Origin: Calditrichaceae bacterium
Lineage (GTDB): Bacteria > Calditrichota > Calditrichia > Calditrichales > JBFXGD01
Direction of reading: 5' to 3'
Length of the DNA stretch: 10,835 nucleotides
Assembly (NCBI GenBank): GCA_050178385.1
Contig: JBFXGD010000118.1
Location: 1-10,835 of the forward strand
The translations under genes and the position numbers were made by a program. Below, in pieces: positions 7,092-10,835 of this stretch. The notes below the pieces were generated by a model, which saw nothing but the letters and a program-made list of their open reading frames with translations, did not search any database and had not been told where the DNA came from. Every line of letters begins with the position of its first letter. Within the stretch, counting starts at the first letter, position 1.

Positions 7092-8024
7092 CTAAAGTAT
7101 TATTGAAATTCCAATCCCGATGCAAAACAGAATAAAAAAGAGCAGATGAATTTGCACGTTCATTTTAGCAGCAACTTTAAGAATGTCCGGATTTGAATGA
7201 TTTTCCTGAACAATAAGCCAGGTCTTTGGAAAGATCACAATATATGGTATCAGGGCCAAAAGAATAAACCAGCTCCCGGATGTGAAAAAGATGGTTAAAA
7301 CAACAATATCCATAATAAGCGCCGTTTGTATCAGTAAGTACAATTTTGCCGCAAATCCGGTGCCCATTCTCGCGGCGACTCCCCATTTTCCCGTTGCCTG
7401 ATCGGCGGGCAGGTCAATCATCTGACCCAGCAGCAAAATCGACAGGGTACTGATACCGGTCAACGGCATTGCCGCGAGAATGACAGGATGAAATCCGATG
7501 TTTTGGCTGACGGCGGCAACGAGGATTGCCATTGGTCCGAACGCGATCCAAACCGAAATTTCGCCCAGACCGCGGCTCGCCAGTTTTATGGGAGCGGCGC
7601 TGTAATATTTACTGAACCATGCGGAAAGAAAGTAGAGTCCCCATAAATGCGGCCAGAGGGTTCTGTCTATCACAAATGTAAGCCCGACCGCGGCAAAAAA
7701 CGCGATGATTAAACTGGTTCTAGCGATCAGGAACATTTTTCCCTGCAATTCCGGATGATCAAGAAGGACACCGGAGCCTCCGCTGAACTCATTTCGGTGC
7801 ACATTTACTTTGTCGGTTCCCTGAAGTGTATCATAGATATCGTTATAGACGTTGGTGGCAGAATGAAGCCCCAGCCCCATGAGCAGAACAAGAAAAAATC
7901 CTGCCGGACTAAATGTATTGCTTATTAATACGCTTAACATCGTGCCTGCGATAAGGGGTGACAATATGGAAGAAAAAAACGGGGCGCGGATCATCTGTAA
8001 TATACCAGGTTTTTCTTTTATCAT
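7092..8024 (-). CDS. UbiA-family prenyltransferase, MenA/UBIAD1-like (DHNA polyprenyltransferase-like)
   Basis: Multi-TM with N-terminal RAPF. First Asp-rich motif NVYNDIYDTLQGTD, then SGGS, YYSAAPIKLASRGLGE and second motif DLPADQATGK..AARMG. ATG 8024 with upstream AGAAAGGCAGGA is preferred over TTG 8051. Confidence 0.85.
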   Translation of the reverse strand: MIKEKPGILQMIRAPFFSSILSPLIAGTMLSVLISNTFSPAGFFLVLLMGLGLHSATNVYNDIYDTLQGTDKVNVHRNEFSGGSGVLLDHPELQGKMFLIARTSLIIAFFAAVGLTFVIDRTLWPHLWGLYFLSAWFSKYYSAAPIKLASRGLGEISVWIAFGPMAILVAAVSQNIGFHPVILAAMPLTGISTLSILLLGQMIDLPADQATGKWGVAARMGTGFAAKLYLLIQTALIMDIVVLTIFFTSGSWFILLALIPYIVIFPKTWLIVQENHSNPDILKVAAKMNVQIHLLFFILFCIGIGISIIL

Positions 8025-8229
8025 TAAGTCCTGCCTTTCTGTCAGTTTCAAATTGTTGTCAAAATTTCACTTCTGAACTCTTGATTAGTCATTATAATAG
8101 AAATAATAATTACCGCCAGGTAAATAATATTATTGGGTTTGAGGAATAAAATATAAACTATTTCCATTCTGATCGCCTATAACTTAATTTTTACAATAAT
8201 TATTTTATCAATTTTAAAAGGCGCTAAAA

Positions 8230-9207
8230 TTGAATATCTGGAAACCTGAAGTGTATCATGGAGCCAGGAAGAAGGGCAAATTTTTTGAAGGCTGGTTTTA
8301 TAAATTTGTCGATAAAACAGCGGAAAATGTCTATGCTGTAATTCCGGGAATTTTTATTGCTGAAGATCCGGAAGATTCACATTCTTTTATCCAGGTACTC
8401 GACGGACAATCTCATCAGGCCAGCTATCACCGATTTCCGGTTGAGTCTTTTAAAGCGTCCGGTGATAAGCTGGTTATTAATATTGAAAAAAACCACTTTT
8501 CTGATACAAACGTAGAATTGGATATCACGGATGATATACGTTCGATAACGGGCTCAATAAAAATGGATAAACTTAATCCCTGGCCGGTCAGTTTTTTTTC
8601 TCCCGGAGCCATGGGCTGGTACGCGTTTACACCATTAATGGAATGTTATCACGGGGTTGTGAGCCTGGATCATCAAATAAACGGAAATATCCTTGTGAAG
8701 GGTGATCAAATTTCATTTGATGAAGGCAGGGGGTATATCGAGAAGGACTGGGGCAAGTCATTTCCTTCTGCTTATGTCTGGATTCAATCAAACCATTTTC
8801 ACCTTCCGGGTACAAGCCTCATGGTTTCGGTAGCAAGAATACCGTGGCTCACCGGTGATTTTCGTGGATTTATCATCGGATTTACGCTGGACGGTATTTT
8901 ATATCGCTTTACAACATACACAGGAGCCCGGCTAAGATACTTAAGGCTCACGGACACACACGTAAGTCTTGAAGTAACTAACCGTAAATTTAGACTACAG
9001 GTTGAAGCTGTGCTCAGCGAAGGTGGGTTGCTTCATGCTCCCTACGAAATGTCGATGATCAGGAGAGTCGCCGAGACTCTCAGATCCCAAGTCCATGTGA
9101 GGTTAGAGAAATTTGGAAATGACGGAGGCCGGATTATCTTTGGAGGTACCGGCAATCCGGCCGGACTGGATGTGAACGGAAAATTGGAAGAAATCGTGGA
9201 TGGCTAA
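8230..9207 (+). CDS. Tocopherol cyclase family protein (VTE1-like)
   Basis: Motifs P..YHG...FFEGWFYK, GAMGWYAF.P.MECYHGVVS, GRGYIEKDWGKSFPSAYVWIQSNHF and SVARIPW. TTG start with upstream AAAGG. Confidence 0.85.
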   Translation: MNIWKPEVYHGARKKGKFFEGWFYKFVDKTAENVYAVIPGIFIAEDPEDSHSFIQVLDGQSHQASYHRFPVESFKASGDKLVINIEKNHFSDTNVELDITDDIRSITGSIKMDKLNPWPVSFFSPGAMGWYAFTPLMECYHGVVSLDHQINGNILVKGDQISFDEGRGYIEKDWGKSFPSAYVWIQSNHFHLPGTSLMVSVARIPWLTGDFRGFIIGFTLDGILYRFTTYTGARLRYLRLTDTHVSLEVTNRKFRLQVEAVLSEGGLLHAPYEMSMIRRVAETLRSQVHVRLEKFGNDGGRIIFGGTGNPAGLDVNGKLEEIVDG

Positions 9208-9211
9208 AAAC

Positions 9212-9230
9212 TACAATCATACCGATTGTA
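9212..9230. terminator. Weak hairpin between convergent genes, possible terminator
   Basis: TACAATC-atacc-GATTGTA is a perfect 7-bp stem in the gap between the cyclase and HAD stops. It is AT-rich and therefore weak. Confidence 0.35.
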
Positions 9231-9248
9231 AATTTCAGGCTTTCAAAT

Positions 9249-9947
9249 TCAATCCGTCTGCACAAGCCAGGCAACTACATCCATGACCGAATCAATTAAG
9301 CCGTCGGCATATACCATCAGGTCATCTGAATGGTGGAAAATGTTTTTCAACGCCAGACATTTTATCCCCGCTGATCTGGCGCTTCGGACACCCGCAATTG
9401 AGTCTTCAATCGCCATACAATTTTCAGGCTGCATATTCATCGTTTTTAAGGCTTGAAGATAAATATCCGGGGCGGGTTTTTTATTTTGCACATCGTCACC
9501 GGCGACAATGGTGGTAAGAAATTCGTTTGATCTGAATGCGTGATCAGGATGATTTGAAAGATTTTTCAGCACCGCATCGATTTGTGACCGGACGGAGGAT
9601 GATGCCAACGCCATCTTGATTCCGTAATTATAACAATAGTCGGTCAGCTCCGGAATGCCGGGGATGGGAGTCAGCTGCATTTTATTAATAAGCTGCAGAT
9701 AGATCTCATCGCGCCGGTTTGTGCCCTGTATGATCGGTATTTCCCTTCCCTGGAGATAGTCATGATTAATTACCTTAATATTTTCGTCAACCGAATAACC
9801 GATCAGTGACCGAAGAAATTCTTCCGTATAATCAACATCGAGTTCATTAAGAAACAGTCTAAAGGATTCCATGTGAACAGGCTCTGTGTTTACCAGAACA
9901 CCGTCCATATCCAGTATAATCGCTTCCGGCACTGAAAAATTTATCAC
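9249..9947 (-). CDS. HAD-superfamily phosphatase (subfamily IA, beta-PGM/CbbY-like)
   Basis: Motif I DMDGVLVNT, motif II ASSS, motif III KKPAPDIY and motif IV IEDS..G...A..AG. GTG start with GAGGA RBS upstream. Confidence 0.88.
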   Translation of the reverse strand: MINFSVPEAIILDMDGVLVNTEPVHMESFRLFLNELDVDYTEEFLRSLIGYSVDENIKVINHDYLQGREIPIIQGTNRRDEIYLQLINKMQLTPIPGIPELTDYCYNYGIKMALASSSVRSQIDAVLKNLSNHPDHAFRSNEFLTTIVAGDDVQNKKPAPDIYLQALKTMNMQPENCMAIEDSIAGVRSARSAGIKCLALKNIFHHSDDLMVYADGLIDSVMDVVAWLVQTD

Positions 9948-10052
9948 AAAAGCATCCTCAATTTAAAATACAGGTTGGCCGGAAATTTATCAGAGTTTGG
10001 GTTAAAAATCAATTTGCCTGTGGCTTTTTGGTTTTTCAATTAATGATTCGAT

Positions 10053-10421
10053 TTAAAACATGAGTTTCATAAAAGAAAGAATTATAAGTCCCGTGGCGCT
10101 TATCCAGGCCATAAAAATTAAAAGCAGTAATATTTGCGGAAAATTTGGAATACGGATAACATGACTGAAACCGTAATAATTATAAAAAAATTCGATGACT
10201 CCGTAGACAAGCATGAACTGATCAGTAAATTTTATCCGCAGCATCACCATTATCATTAAAACCACAGGCAGACCATAATAGTAAATTTTCCGGATCAAGA
10301 AATACCTGGATCTAAATTGCGGGGGAAGAAATGAAATACCCTGCTTTCTCCTTTTATGGTGAGAAAAAATAATGAGCAGCAGAAAACACAAAGTGATTAA
10401 TTGATTATATTGAATATTCAT
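10053..10421 (-). CDS. Small hypothetical membrane protein (about 4 TM segments)
   Basis: 122-aa ATG ORF. Hydrophobic segments alternate with a strongly basic loop (HHKRRK...RSRY..RK). GATGGA lies upstream. No recognised family. Confidence 0.55.
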   Translation of the reverse strand: MNIQYNQLITLCFLLLIIFSHHKRRKQGISFLPPQFRSRYFLIRKIYYYGLPVVLMIMVMLRIKFTDQFMLVYGVIEFFYNYYGFSHVIRIPNFPQILLLLIFMAWISATGLIILSFMKLMF

Positions 10422-10669
10422 AACCGGTCCATCGAGACGGTTTAGATGTAATTAAAAATCGACATGGAAATACCTGAATAATATATTTAAAATAAGATGA
10501 ATGTTAAAGTATTTTTTAAAAAGCCGGACTTTTACTTTTATTAAAAACATACGTTTGGTGATTTGATTTAGAATAAATGTAATTGCGATACAGGTTTATC
10601 GGATAAATATTTGTATTGCGGACGGTTCTTTTTAAATTAAATCCATACTAAGCCTGATGGAGAAAACGG

Positions 10670-10835
10670 ATGTTTTCATATGTAAATACAGGAGTCGCCA
10701 ATATTTATAAAAACCCCGCATTCCGCAGTGAAGTGGTTTCTCAGGCCGTGCTATGGGAACAACTCCGCTGTTTGGAGCGTGAAAACCATTTTATACGGGT
10801 TATCGCGGAAGATGGATACGGCGGCTGGATCAATG
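10670..10835 (+). CDS. 3'-partial gene: N-terminal SH3b-like domain of a probable NlpC/P60 (C40, YkfC-like) peptidase
   Basis: Not in the ORF track. ATG 10670 has GGAG at 10659-10662 and the frame is open to the window end: MFSYVNTGVANIYKNPAFRSEVVSQAVLWEQLRCLERENHFIRVIAEDGYGGWIN. This fits the VAN.Y..P...SE.VSQ...E....L......V...DGY.GW pattern. The catalytic domain is not in the window. Confidence 0.75.
   Translation, partial: MFSYVNTGVANIYKNPAFRSEVVSQAVLWEQLRCLERENHFIRVIAEDGYGGWIN

Noticed and set aside
8085..8210. AT-only palindromes (AATAATATTATT 8123-8134, AATAATTATT 8195-8204) as Fur/PerR boxes
   Set aside because: These are low-complexity A/T sequences expected by chance here, with a poor match to the Fur consensus.
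152..8815. Short alternative ORFs in the track (e.g. 152-346, 2107-2388, 2302-2592, 2710-2955, 2882-3070, 2901-3158, 4796-5155, 5880-6125, 6257-6475, 6768-7030, 7177-7386, 7879-8149, 8427-8815)
   Set aside because: All are shadow ORFs overlapping well-supported genes and have no recognisable motifs.
7092..9207. A complete canonical vitamin E (tocopherol) pathway
   Set aside because: The prenyltransferase is MenA-like rather than HPT-like, and no HPPD or methyltransferases are present in the window.
10670..10835. GC-richer tail initially considered as a structured RNA gene
   Set aside because: It is better explained as the coding start of an SH3b-domain protein with an RBS.

Overview
This is a bacterial window of about 40% GC, probably from an FCB-superphylum-like lineage (Calditrichota/KSB1/Ignavibacteria-type). 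That placement is inferred only from the LPVELSSF...NYPNPFNP...WDG...SSGMYF C-terminal sorting domain and the Omp85-type barrel. Genes in order: a 5'-partial PAS/GAF/GAF sensor protein whose GGDEF output appears decayed just after its stop; a phytol/dolichol-kinase-family membrane protein; a MutT/MutX Nudix hydrolase; a patatin-POTRA-POTRA-Omp85 (PlpD-like) protein; a secreted lamin-tail-domain protein; a MenA-like UbiA prenyltransferase divergent from a tocopherol-cyclase-family gene; a HAD phosphatase; a small membrane protein; and a 3'-partial SH3b (probable NlpC/P60) gene missed by the ORF track. The best candidate for an undescribed system is the prenyltransferase/tocopherol-cyclase pair, with a prenol-kinase-like gene and a HAD phosphatase nearby. 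It may make or recycle a cyclised prenyl-quinone (chromanol-type) lipid in an apparently non-photosynthetic bacterium. This is inference. No rRNA, tRNA, CRISPR or mobile element was recognised.
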